Of a stretch of DNA of 64,000 nucleotides, positions 13,131-24,115 are shown one piece after another. The position numbers and the translations under genes are program-made. Positions within the stretch are counted from its first letter, which is position 1; every line of letters begins with the position of its first letter. Below the pieces are notes generated by a model. It saw only the letters and a program-made list of their open reading frames with translations. It did no database searches and was not told where the DNA came from. The DNA comes from Antechinus flavipes (taxonomy: Eukaryota), in NCBI RefSeq assembly GCF_016432865.1, contig NC_067401.1, positions 296,980,001 to 297,044,000 of the forward strand, in the 5' to 3' direction.

Positions 13131-15488
13131 CTGCCAAGTAGGACAACTCTTCTGCTATCATATTAAGCAAAACCTTTTTTGCTTGTTCCTTTGCTTCTGC
13201 TGGAATGTTTCAATTGGGTTGTTAATCCCCTCTTTGGTTTGGGGTTGTTGGGTTATTTGTTCACTGCCCGGTTAACGGCCACGTGATGATGATGCTATGT
13301 TAGACTGAATTTAAATCTTTTTGATTATTTTTCTTTCTTCTTTTCGCGATCTTATTCTCAGTTGCTATTAAGTTTTCGAATGAAATATGCGAGATGATTT
13401 TTTTTTAAAGGAAAACTTAAATCGCGCGGGAGCCATCACAAAATTGCATTCCCTTTATATTCAAACGAATGCGCTCGTAATTTTGATTTCCCTGAGTGTA
13501 GATTCGGTTTACGTCAAATTTGTGAATTCTATGATGTTATATATTTTGTTTTTGTGTACGGGTTGGATTAGATGGCTGCCGAGGTCCTCTCTAATTCTCA
13601 AAATTTGTGGTTTATGGTTCTGCAGGCTCTAAGCTTGCAGTTTTCACGGAGGGAATGTTATAAATGACATTGCATAAAATACAAAATTTCCAACATATTA
13701 TATATGTGGATATATATATATATATATATCCATATATATGAGCACACACACATTAATGGGCGTATATGGTGTAGTTTTCCCTGTTTTGTTTAGTTTTCCG
13801 CAGGAAAAAAAAAAAGGAATTAGAACATACCCCCCTGGCCTGAAACTCATTCATCGAAATGGGAGCCATCCTTGCATCTCACAAACTGCTTTTCTTTTTG
13901 TCGGGTTCCTTTACCCTTGATTTTTGTAAACTTTTTTTTTTTTTTTGGGCGGGGTAAGGGTAAGAGGAGAGATAAAAGATCTCTCTTCATGAAAGGCTGT
14001 GCCTGTTGGAAAGAACACTTTGCTCACACCTCTTTCCTCCCTCTGGTCCATGCAACTTAAACATGGACTTTCAAGTCAGGGAACGAAACAATGACATGTA
14101 GTGAAGACTCCCCAATCTTTAGAAGTACAAAGAAGAATTGGTTTCCTATTGAAGAACATTTAGATCAAACCTCCCTCTCCCATTTTCAAATCTTTTTTTT
14201 TTTCATTTGTATGATCAGAAAGCCTTAATTCAGTATAGGAAATGAATCGGTGAATTGGAAACTTGAAATTTTCTTTGCCTTTATTCTATTCTAATTTTAT
14301 TTTATCCCTCTAATTTCGCAGTACTGTTTCAATCGGACACTGGTTTTAGAAAACAGACCTTTTAAGCTAAGTAAAGAAATGGCATTTAAGAAGTGGTAAT
14401 ATTTGTAGATAGCATATGTATTCTTATTAAGGACTTTGAGATGAGTTTTTTGCCAGCCAGAGAGAAAGCTTGAGGAAAGGTAGCAATACTTTCCTATTAG
14501 GTTTTTTCAGTTTCTCATGGAATTTGTTTCATTTGGATGATTTCTTTATTCATTGATTCATTAGAGAACCAGACAAGAGATGCTAGTCCTACTTTCAAAT
14601 AAGGAATTAATTATTTCTTCACAAAAAATTAGGTCTTAATGATACAACGGTGTTATTATCAACCAACTACAAGTACAAGCTTATGGGGGGAAAAAAAAAA
14701 CCTCCACCTTTTTAGTGACAAACGATTTCGATGGTCTCAGGAGAACATACATTAATCTTGAAGGAAGCTATCTTTCTCCTCCTTTGCAGATTTGACTAAA
14801 TGAAGAGAGAAAGAATTTTAGTATTTGTAAATGCTCAGAAAAACGCCTTTTTTGTTGTTTTTTTTTTTTCTGACGTTGCAAGACATAGAAAGCCCTATCT
14901 TTAATAAGCCGATGACAAGCAACCAAAGTAACCATGAGCTATTTATTGAAATGATCTACTGCCTCGTGGTTGTGATCTTTGTTCTTTATTTCCCACAAAT
15001 GTGGTTTGCTCATTCCTAATTAAAACTATATATAAACTTTCTGCTACCAATTCTATCTAACGTTCCACAACTTCGTTGAATTTGTTGGTTTTCTTTGCCC
15101 TAATTTTTGGAGAGCTTTTCTTTATGGTCCCTCCCTAAATGAATACAGGTTATCCAGGCCCCGTTTAGGTTGATCTATAACCTTTACCGGGTCTCCCGAA
15201 AAGTGAAGTTTTAGTTTCTATATATTGGTTTTAAAGAGCGGAGATTTATAGATGCATCCATTTGCAAACTTTATCTAACCCAGAATTTGTCCAAAATGTT
15301 GCTTGTGCTTTGATGGATGGACAGGGAGGATGACTATGAAGGCGGTAGGAATCCCTTCAGCGCTTAGCCACTGACTTATCATTGTTGGAAAGGTTTCTGT
15401 TATCTGTTAGCAATCTGGAAAAGGTGATACTTGACAATACCTGATTTGGGTGGCTCGTCTCACCATCATTGCGAGCAACAAATAAACA

Positions 15489-15490
<2 letters not shown>

Positions 15491-15534
<44 letters not shown>
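15491..15534. repeat. (AC)n microsatellite in VGLL2 intron 1
   Basis: About 22 perfect AC units. Confidence 0.98.
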
Positions 15535-15535
<1 letters not shown>

Positions 15536-15705
15536 ACAATGAGGATACCTAAATTGCACATTTTAGGGACCCAAGTATGGTTGACGGTACTGGATGGTTA
15601 AAGGATCCTGCGGCCTCACACCAAATTGTTCTCGAAACTAGGGTTGACTTTTTCTTTTCTCCCATTCACTCCACTCCCATCCCCTATCCCCATCCCACCT
15701 GGCAG

Positions 15706-16012
15706 AAACTAGCCTTTTACTCGAAAATGCAAGAAGCCCCGGAGAGCAACAGCAACGCTAGCACCAGCAGCGGGAGCTCTTCTTTCTCCAGCAACACTCC
15801 GGCCAGTATCAAAGAGGAAGATTGCAGCCCGGAGAAGGAGCGCCCCCCCGAGGCAGAGTACATCAACTCGCGCTGCGTCTTGTTTACTTATTTCCAAGGA
15901 GATATCAGTTCCGTGGTGGACGAGCATTTCAGCAGGGCCCTGAGCCAGCCCAGCAGCTACTCGCCCGGTTGCGCCAGCAGCAAAACCCCAAGAAGTTCTG
16001 GGTCCTGGAGGG
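15706..16012 (+). CDS. VGLL2: VGLL2 coding exon 2 with Tondu/Vg TEAD-binding domain
   Basis: Pyrimidine tract plus GGCAG|AAA CTA GCC. Encodes KLAFYSKMQEAPE...EYINSRCVLFTYFQGDISSVVDEHFSRALS...GSWR. Donor G|GTGAGC, 307 nt, phase 1. Vg motif at about 15859-15942. Confidence 0.97.
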
Positions 16013-17269
16013 GTGAGCAAATGTGGCTTTCTGTGTAGGGAGGTGGGCGGGATAGGTGAAAGTGTTTCCTCGTCCCTTTTTCCATTCAAAGGAGTGGGCC
16101 CTACGTTTAAAGGAGAATAAATTCTCAAAAATTCTACCATATAGAGGATAGGGATGGAAGTGGAAAGAAGGAAAGAAGAGAATGAATGGGAGAAAGGAAG
16201 GCAATATTCATTTAACAAATATTAAAGAGTATCTATTATATCAAAAGCTTTCTGGAGGAAGGTTAACTAGAAATTAATGAAAAGGCATTCATTAAAGAGC
16301 TTACTGTATGTCAACCATTATGGGGGGCGCTGAGGATATAAAGACACACCAAAAAAATTAGCCTATGCTCTCGAAATCCTACAAAGACAAATAAAACATT
16401 GTAATTGAGCTCAATGAACTTACACAATGGGAAAAGAAAGAACTATTTTAGAAAGTTGAGTTTAACAGATACATAGATCAGAGAGGTACAAATAGGGTTC
16501 AATTGGGAGCACCTCTTTTTTTTCAAAAGCTGTCCCACTTCATAAGTATTCTCCTTCAAATCCCAGAACATTAGGTTTAGTCACCACACATTATTCTCAG
16601 CTTGTGGTGACGTCAGATGAGTGCAAATCTCAGATTCCCAAGCTTTCCTCACTTCTACTACCTGATAGGGGTACAACTACTCCTGTCAGGGGATCACCTC
16701 ATCCCCTCTCCTATCAGAATCTCTGATAGGCCAGATGATTTTATTTGGCATGCTAATTTGCAATTAATTAGTGAAGGGAAAAGTAAGGCTGAGAATTTTC
16801 TTGCTAAGTTAAGAATTTACAATATGAATAAATTCTGGAATGATGTATTTGGACTGTTAAGAGAGAATGGAAGGTTTCCACACACACACACACACTATCC
16901 CAGGCTTCTTTTCTTCTTAAGAAAGGGAATTGTGATTTCCACACATCGTTCCGCCAATTAGGGAAGGTTGAATGGACCTGTGTGATTTTTTGGATGGAGT
17001 TCCTAATGAAGAAACATCCTCTATCAAAGCAGATAAGCATCTCATTTATATTATGGCAGTCGTTAATTAAGGATGGATCAAAGATGGGACTTGAAACCAG
17101 GTTTTCCCAATTTTGAGGTCAGATCTACCTACAGTACACCACAGCTGCCTCTGCCCAAATAATATTAATGTTAATAAACTGCACTATCCAATTGATCCGA
17201 CCCTAAGTATTCGAAATTCTTTTAATTTTCCACTGGCCTAAACATAAAATCAGTTTATGATGCTATGCA

Positions 17270-17465
17270 AAAAGAGAGACGGAGTGCCTTGGGATCCCTC
17301 TTCCGGCACTTAAATTTACGTTATGAATCTGGGCAAATTTCTCTTGCTATTTTATTTCCTTATCTGTAGCACTGGTTTGATGATAATAGAAATCACTTTA
17401 CGAAGCCACCGTGATGATCAAATGAGCCAATGTTGGTACATAACGTAGATGCGAGCTAGTATTAC
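17270..17465 (+). mobile_element. MIR/core SINE in VGLL2 intron 2 (CpG-retaining)
   Basis: ATCTGGGCAAATTTC...TTTCCTTATCTGTA...GATAATA...GATCAAATGAG...TAGTATTA. Many other degraded MIR/MIR3 copies occur, e.g. near 2080, 5440, 7800, 8370, 19590, 21830, 22940, 23730, 24170, 25340, 31070, 32060, 32455, 33265, 46950, 50665, 51500, 53020, 54225, 56130, 60895 and 62540. Confidence 0.7.
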
Positions 17466-18795
17466 TAGCGGATTTTAGTTATAGTCTGGGAAATTGAATG
17501 GTAATAATGAAAACTTGGAAAATGCCGTCATCTACAAATGCCTGAGACAGCGCTTTTCCTTCTTTTTTCTTTCGGGGTGGGGGTGGGGGGGATCTGAAAA
17601 CTGCTCTTCTTTCAGTGCTGTGGGACTTACTTCCAAGGCAGTATTTGAAACCCAGTTTTTTTTTTGAAAGGAAGAGAAGCACCAAAACGTTCCAGATACT
17701 TAGGAGGAATTCTCCGCATTTTGCTTCAGAAACACTCGGCAACTTCTTGCTGAGCTAAAGCGGCTAAGCGAGAAGTGAGCGGGGCGAAGAAGGAAAGGAG
17801 AGGAAATGAGTGCGATTGGCTAACTGAGAAATCTGGCTTGTGAATACACATTCTTAACTATATGGGAAGCGTTTATAGTGAAGATGCCTGGGGGCAATTA
17901 TGTCAGCTATGCTAGAACTCAGCAGAAGCAGAGAGTGCAGAAACCCCTTGTAATCCTTCTTTTTCCTTCCTCCCCCCCGCCATGACTTAGGACAGCCTTG
18001 TGGGAAATTCTAGTTTTTGAAAGTTGGGTAAGATTTCCTCTGTGTCCACTGCCCTCCAACTTTTCAGGGAATATTCCCAGAGCATAGAATCAGTAGGACC
18101 ACTCCCTCTCTTCTTTCCTTCTCTCCTCCCCCACTAGCTGTCTGCATTTGTAACACCTACAATCCAGAGGTGTTTCCAAGCAAAAGTCAATGAGAGTTCT
18201 TTCTTGTCTGTCTTCTTCAGTGACAAAATCCATGCAATAGGATGCATACGGCGCATAAAGAGGAATGTCCCCTTTGAGAAAAGTTTACTATGACTTTCAG
18301 AAGAGAACTACTGACTCTCCTGGGGAGAAAAAAAAATAGAATTTAGAAGTGAAGGGGAGTTTAAAAGTCAAGTCCACTCCTGGGTTACAGTTAAGGAAAC
18401 TAAGTCTTCAGAGAAAGATGTCTCCTTTCTACTTTTTTCCCATCTCTGTCCCAGACAACCCTGCTGTTTGGTTTCAAAACTGGGCATAGGCTAGGGGGAG
18501 GGCGGCTTAGTGGTGTACCAGCAAAGTCTCCAATTGTTTGGTTTGGGGTTTTTGGAGAAGTCTCTAGTCTAATGGGAAAACAATTCCCAATTAAAAGATT
18601 TTGAGGAGTATAGGAATTTTAGAACTGAATGGTGTGTAGTCCGAACCCATTATTTTCCACATGAGATGCTGAGGCACAGATAGGTGAAGTGTCATTTTCA
18701 TGGTAATGATTATGATGATGATGATGGTCTCACTAGGTGGCTACTGTCTTTCTTTTCTTTGTCCTTTCTATTCCTATCCCATGTCTTTCCTGTAG

Positions 18796-19341
18796 ATGGT
18801 TCCTTCCCGATGAACCAGCGCAGTTTTCCCCCTTCTTTCTGGAACAGCACGTACCAGCCAGCAGTTACAGCTTCCTCACTGAGCAGTCCGTTGGCTGCAG
18901 CCCACAGCGACCTCCCCTTTGCCGCAACAGACCCCTACTCCCCAGCCTCTCTGCACAGCCACCTTCACCAAGGGGCTGCCGAACCCTGGCACCATGCGCA
19001 CCATCATCATCATCACCATCATCACCACCCGCACCCGCACCCTCACCATCCTTACTCCCTGGGCGGGCCAATCGGGGCCCAGGGCACCACCTTCCCCCGG
19101 CCTGCCTCCATGCATGAAGTCTATGGTCCCCATTTCGACCCTCGCTACAGCTCATTGCTGATGCCCCCGGCCTCAGTCAGACAGCACCGCCTCACACCAG
19201 CTTCAGTGCCCACACCAGTCAGCCCACCCTGCGAACTGGGCAAAAGCGAGTCAGCTGGCTCAGCATGGACCACACCAGGGGGGCCCTTTCCTAGCCCCGC
19301 AGGAGATATGGGACAGAGCCTGGGCCTCAATGTGGACTCAG
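18796..19341 (+). CDS. VGLL2: VGLL2 coding exon 3 (His/Pro-rich region)
   Basis: TGTAG|AT acceptor. Encodes DGSFPMNQRSFPPSFWNS...HHAHHHHHHHHHHPHPHPHHPY...HFDPRYSSLL...LGLNVDS. Donor G|GTAAAG. 546 nt, symmetric phase 1-1, so it can be skipped in frame. Confidence 0.97.
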
Positions 19342-20397
19342 GTAAAGTGGGGGAGGGGGAGGGGGGCGCGGGATGAGGGCTCTTTTCCCATATATTTCTC
19401 TTTTCCTAGAACCATCTGAGTGACCCCTGGTCAGGCTTGTTCTCAAATTCCATTGTATGAGGAATGCAAATTTTCTGATTCACAATAGTTTCTTTTCCTT
19501 ACCAGCCGAATTACTTCCAGTCCAGGATGCAAATAGGTCCCTCCGCTATTTTGATATGATCCTTATTTTAGTTGGAGGATTCGATAAAATTACAACTTGA
19601 AAAAAAATACTTAGAGGTTATCCAATCCAACCCCTTCATACTGCAGATGAAAAAAACTGAAACTATGGTTGAATGACTTGCCTAAGATGATAAATTTAGT
19701 AAGTTGCAGTACTGAGACTGGATTCTAAGACTCCTGACTCTGAGTGCAGTGCTTTTTCTACTATACCATATATGTCTGGGTTATTTTGCTTTCCCTCCCC
19801 TCCTCCATGACTTGTGCAATTTGGGAGTGAAAGATTGCAATGGAATCTATTATTTGCAACTCCACAAAAAAGAATTGTAGGAATAGTATTGCCAGACAAA
19901 GAAACAAAGCATGGCATACCCACTGTAAAACACTACTATTCAACCACTTTACTAGAAAGAAAATAAGTGATTGGGGCATCCATGTAATAACAAATCATAG
20001 GAATGTTTTAAAGATAACAAAGAAAAAAACATTAGATGTTATAGTTACTCATCAGGCATTTCACTTGAAAAGTGCATTCAAAGAAGATCTCTTTTAAGGA
20101 AATAGTGACAAATGTATTTTTGGTTACATGAAAATTTGTAAATCCATTATTAACACAATAAACTCAGTCACTGATTTTTACCTACCTTACTTACTCCACC
20201 CAACCCCCACCCAGAGGTCTAGATTTGAAATTTCTCTGTGGTTTTTTTTTTTAAACTTTTATTCAACCTTTAGCTCAGTTCTTTGATTCTCACAAGTAAA
20301 ACAGTGGTGTTTGTCTTTCTTTGTCCTTAAATATCTTGTGCCTTTCTTCCCCCCTTTTCTCTCTCTCTTTTTTGTTTTGTTTTCTCTCTGTTCTCAG

Positions 20398-20441
20398 GTT
20401 TGCAGCCTCAGGACAAAAGCAAGGATCTATACTGGTTTTAG
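20398..20441 (+). CDS. VGLL2: VGLL2 terminal exon, proximal acceptor (GLQPQDKSKDLYWF*), giving a 325-aa protein
   Basis: Long pyrimidine tract then TTCTCAG|GT. In frame with exon 3 (81+307+546+44=978 nt). Tail resembles the recalled VGLL3 C-terminus GLQHQDKSKE. Confidence 0.85.
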
Positions 20442-20548
20442 ACTGCCCTCCACCTTCTCCTTCCTTATAGGTCTCTGCCTAGTACAATTGGTGACTTTCA
20501 GAGCTGAAATCCAGTTGGTTTGTAACAGCTTCTGATCTTGGTTTGCAG

Positions 20549-20589
20549 CTCGCCGTTATTCCTTCTGTGGTGGATCCCTCCTGAGCTGA
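20549..20589 (+). CDS. VGLL2: VGLL2 terminal exon, distal acceptor (ARRYSFCGGSLLS*), giving a 324-aa protein
   Basis: GTTTGCAG|CT CGC CGT TAT TCC TTC TGT GGT GGA TCC CTC CTG AGC TGA. Matches the recalled human VGLL2 C-terminus ARRYSLCGASLLS and is in frame with exon 3. Confidence 0.88.
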
Positions 20590-21735
20590 GCTGATCTGAT
20601 GACCGAAAAGGTCCTGAGTTTTCCCTTTCCTTTCCCTTCAGACCAGCCCACCAGGCACAACATCCATGCCCCTCACTTCAGGAATAAGAACAGAGGGAAA
20701 GCAAAGACATCAAACTACTTGGTATATCAGGAAAAAAATACAAGCAAACATATCCTTAAAGACTTTGTTAAAAAGAAATTCCTTCTGTTCAAAGAACATG
20801 TCCAAAGACCCTCAACTTGATTTAACAATTTTTTGGCTGATTCACTAGAAATAACTGTGGTCAGATTTGGCACTTGGGTGAACATTTTATGTGGTGATAT
20901 GAAATCACAGGAGGTGGAAAATAGACTTTTGTGGTGTGAACTATTTTCTGTTCATGTGGATTCTTTTGTGTAGTGTGAGGGTAACACTACAGACTTCAAA
21001 TACAGATTTTAAAATGGATTTGTATTCTGCATTGAAGAAGTAAAAAGGAAGTTTTCACTCCCTGCCACACCTTCATTCCTGCCTGAAATGTACTTCCCAC
21101 TCCTCTGTCTCCATCCCCAACAACAACAAAAACAAACAAAACCCCCCCAAAACACAGACTTTTTCTTTTAGACTATGAACACTGGGCAACATGGCTCATC
21201 CTGACTATGAATGGCAAGTGGTTTATCTGGGGCCACCTGCCCTCAGCTTACTAAAATGCAGCTGTTATAGAGACAACTGTTCAAACTCCAGAAATACAAC
21301 AACTGAGGTGGCACTTCGCAGCGATTGGCACAACAATTGTATTGGATATATCTATTTTTTTTACAAGGAACATTTTATGAAACATGAAACTCTTCTCCTC
21401 TTCTCTGCCCCTTGTGTCACAAATTTGCCCCCAAGGGAAAACATCCCAAAACACCAAACCTTGACAAAATTTGTGGTGAACAACTGGGAAGCACCACAAG
21501 AAAGAGAAATGTCCAGGGTGTGTATCATGGACAATTAATTTCAGCTTCTTCCAATACTTCTTTGTACTAGCTGTGTTTTTTCTCTTTCTGTCACTTTAGA
21601 TGTTTTAAGGGGTGAGGTGACAAAACAGGAGTGGGGATAGTAAGGAGGATGAAACATACATTAAAGATATGTTTATTATATAGTCATTGTGTTACTTCAT
21701 AAGAGAAATACACTTCCCATCATTGTTTCTGGTAG

Positions 21736-21741
21736 AATAAA
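21736..21741 (+). terminator. Candidate VGLL2 polyadenylation signal AATAAA
   Basis: AATAAA at the end of a repeat-free, roughly 1.2-kb putative 3'UTR, followed by T-rich sequence. MIR sequence resumes at about 21830. Confidence 0.5.
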
Positions 21742-23065
21742 AATGCCCAATCCATTTGTAGTTAAAGACTTAATTTATAGAAAAATATTTTATGCTGATA
21801 ATTTTATTTTGTACTGTACATTTTTATTAACAATGCTCATTTAGACATTTTGTAAGTGTTATCTCATTGCCACTTTACAACAATTCTGAGAAGTGAATCA
21901 GTAGCATATCCTTTCCCTCATTTTACAAATGAAGTAATTGCGGCTTGGAAAGGACTTTATCACTGTCATTCATACAAGAAGAGGCAGAGCCAGGACAAAA
22001 ATCCAATCTCTTGATCAATCATCCTCAGTTTTTTGAGGCAAACCAGAATTATCAACTCTTAGAATATTTTTGAGATTTGTATTTGCTCTTTTTTTTTTTT
22101 TTTACTCAAGCTAATCCCAGAAACCAAACCCAAATTAAGATCTGACATTATTACTAAGAAATAGTATGGTTTTCTCTTTACCACTATATCCTGCTATTCA
22201 GTATCTTTGGTATGCAATTTACTGAGATTTAGGAGGAAGACATTTAGAATTGTTTTAGAATGCCTTCACTCAATTAGCTGATAGCTAAAACCTTGACCTC
22301 CATTGAAATTTGAGAAGTGTTCAGTCCTGTACATAGAACAGTCTCAAGAACTGTGAGAATTATCACAATGTGCTCAGCGATTAGTTTAGGAATATCATGA
22401 TAGTTGACAACAAATGTATTGGAGTTTTTCTATCCTCATGTGAAAGGTACTATGTATTAGTCTGAGAACTTGAAAAATGTGGGTAAGGTTTATCTGGATA
22501 CCCCAAGTATATCTCAGATCTATAATCCTGATTATTGATTTTTGTTTTCTCCTGAGTAATTTGAGACCTAACTTTGCTATAGAGTAGGAAAAAAAAATGA
22601 GGCTGTGTAACAAAGCTTAAGTACCACATTTCAAGTGCTAGAGTATAATGGATGAAGGGATGAAATTATCCATTCTGCTTCAAGTAGAAGTACCATGAAA
22701 CTATCCATATGGGTTCTGTCTATCCTCTTCATAATTCTAAAGAATAATTACAATATTTTCTCTCTAATTAATTGGGATTTTAAAAATGCTTTCATCAAAT
22801 TCTATCTCATTTAACTACCACTTCTCATAAAGATTTGTCTAGAGTTGAGGACTCAAAAAAATAAATAAATAAATTTTAGGTCTACTTGAAGATCTCATTT
22901 AGTATAATTCACTGCTCATATCTAAGAAGGGGAGACATAGGATCATATATTTAGTGCTTTAGGGGTCAAAGCCCCTCATTTTTATAGATGAAGATTTAAA
23001 GATAAGATGTGAAGTGATTTGCCCCAAGTAGCATAAGTGGGATTTGAATCTAGATCTTCTGACTG

Positions 23066-23311
23066 AGGCAGCTAGTGACAAAGCAGATAGAGTGCTAGGA
23101 CTGGATTCATCTTCCTGAGTTCAAATCCAATCTTGGACACTTACTAGTTGTATGATTCTGAACAAATCATTAAAACTTTTTTGCTTCAGTTTTTTCATCT
23201 ATAAAAGTGAGTTGGAGAAGGAAATGACAAAACCCTTTATCTTTGCCAAGAAAACTCCAAATAAGGTCACAAAGAATTGGACATGACTTAAAAGACTGAA
23301 CAACAGCAACT
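23066..23311 (+). mobile_element. Mar1 SINE
   Basis: GGCAGCTAG...GGAGAAGGAAATGACAAA...ATCTTTGCCAAGAAAACTCCAAA...CTGAACAACA. Confidence 0.9.
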
Positions 23312-23979
23312 TCTGACTCCATCAACTTCATTGTATAGAGAAGGTGACAGTATAATTCCCAAATAAGATAAAACTTCATCTTCTGGGTACCTCTTCCTGT
23401 TAAGAAGGGGAAGCTTCATCTGTTTTGTATTCTATGTTCTTGAAATAAATAGTCAAAACATACTGAAATGGACATTGCAGTCCAGAGTTCTAATTGCTCA
23501 GTCCCTTTGAGCCATAAGACTCAGAGGTTTAAAGACTGGAGGTTCTAGTTAAGTGATCCAGGATATGTAAGGTACTTAAACAACCTGGACTTCAGACTCT
23601 TAAACTATAAAATTTATTGATGCTACATCTAACTTGCAGGCTCATTGCAGATGATTCTTAATATGGGATCCTTAGATAAATTTCAGAGGGACTGTAAATT
23701 TGTTTTGTTTTGTTTTAATCAGGACAATAATAAGTAATGCATACAAGTATTTGATTCTTGCAAAACCCTCTGAATTATGTGCTATTTTAAAATCCATTTT
23801 ATAGTTGAAGAAACTGTGGCAAATAGAGACTAATGGTTTTCCCAGGTAGCACAGTTAGTAAGTCTGAGGCCAGATTTGAATTTAGAGTTTCCTGATTCCG
23901 GGTCTAGTCCTTTATTTACTCCATCACATAGTTGTTTCCTGATAAGTTAAATAGACAGACAGGAAGATAAAATTTATAT

Positions 23980-24115
23980 TTCCCAATAATCGTTTTCCTT
24001 TTTGATTTTATCTACTTTATTTTAGGCACTCAGAAACTTTATTCTGAGAAGGGGCCCATAGGTTTTACTGGACTATCAAAGAGGGGCAAGATATAAAAAA
24101 AAGCTAAGAAGTCCT
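23980..24115 (+). mobile_element. Charlie4-like fragment
   Basis: TTCTGAGAAGGGGCCCATAGG...AAAAAAAGCTAAGAAG, the same end motif as 6805-7272. Confidence 0.65.

Noticed and set aside
15577-15705. ATG at 15577 extending exon 2 upstream (153-aa ORF)
   Set aside because: The extension is intronic pyrimidine tract; the AG at 15704-15705 joins exon 1 in frame.
18737-19330. Alternate-frame and antisense ORFs over VGLL2 exon 3
   Set aside because: Shadows of GC-rich coding sequence and the CAT/CAC repeat.
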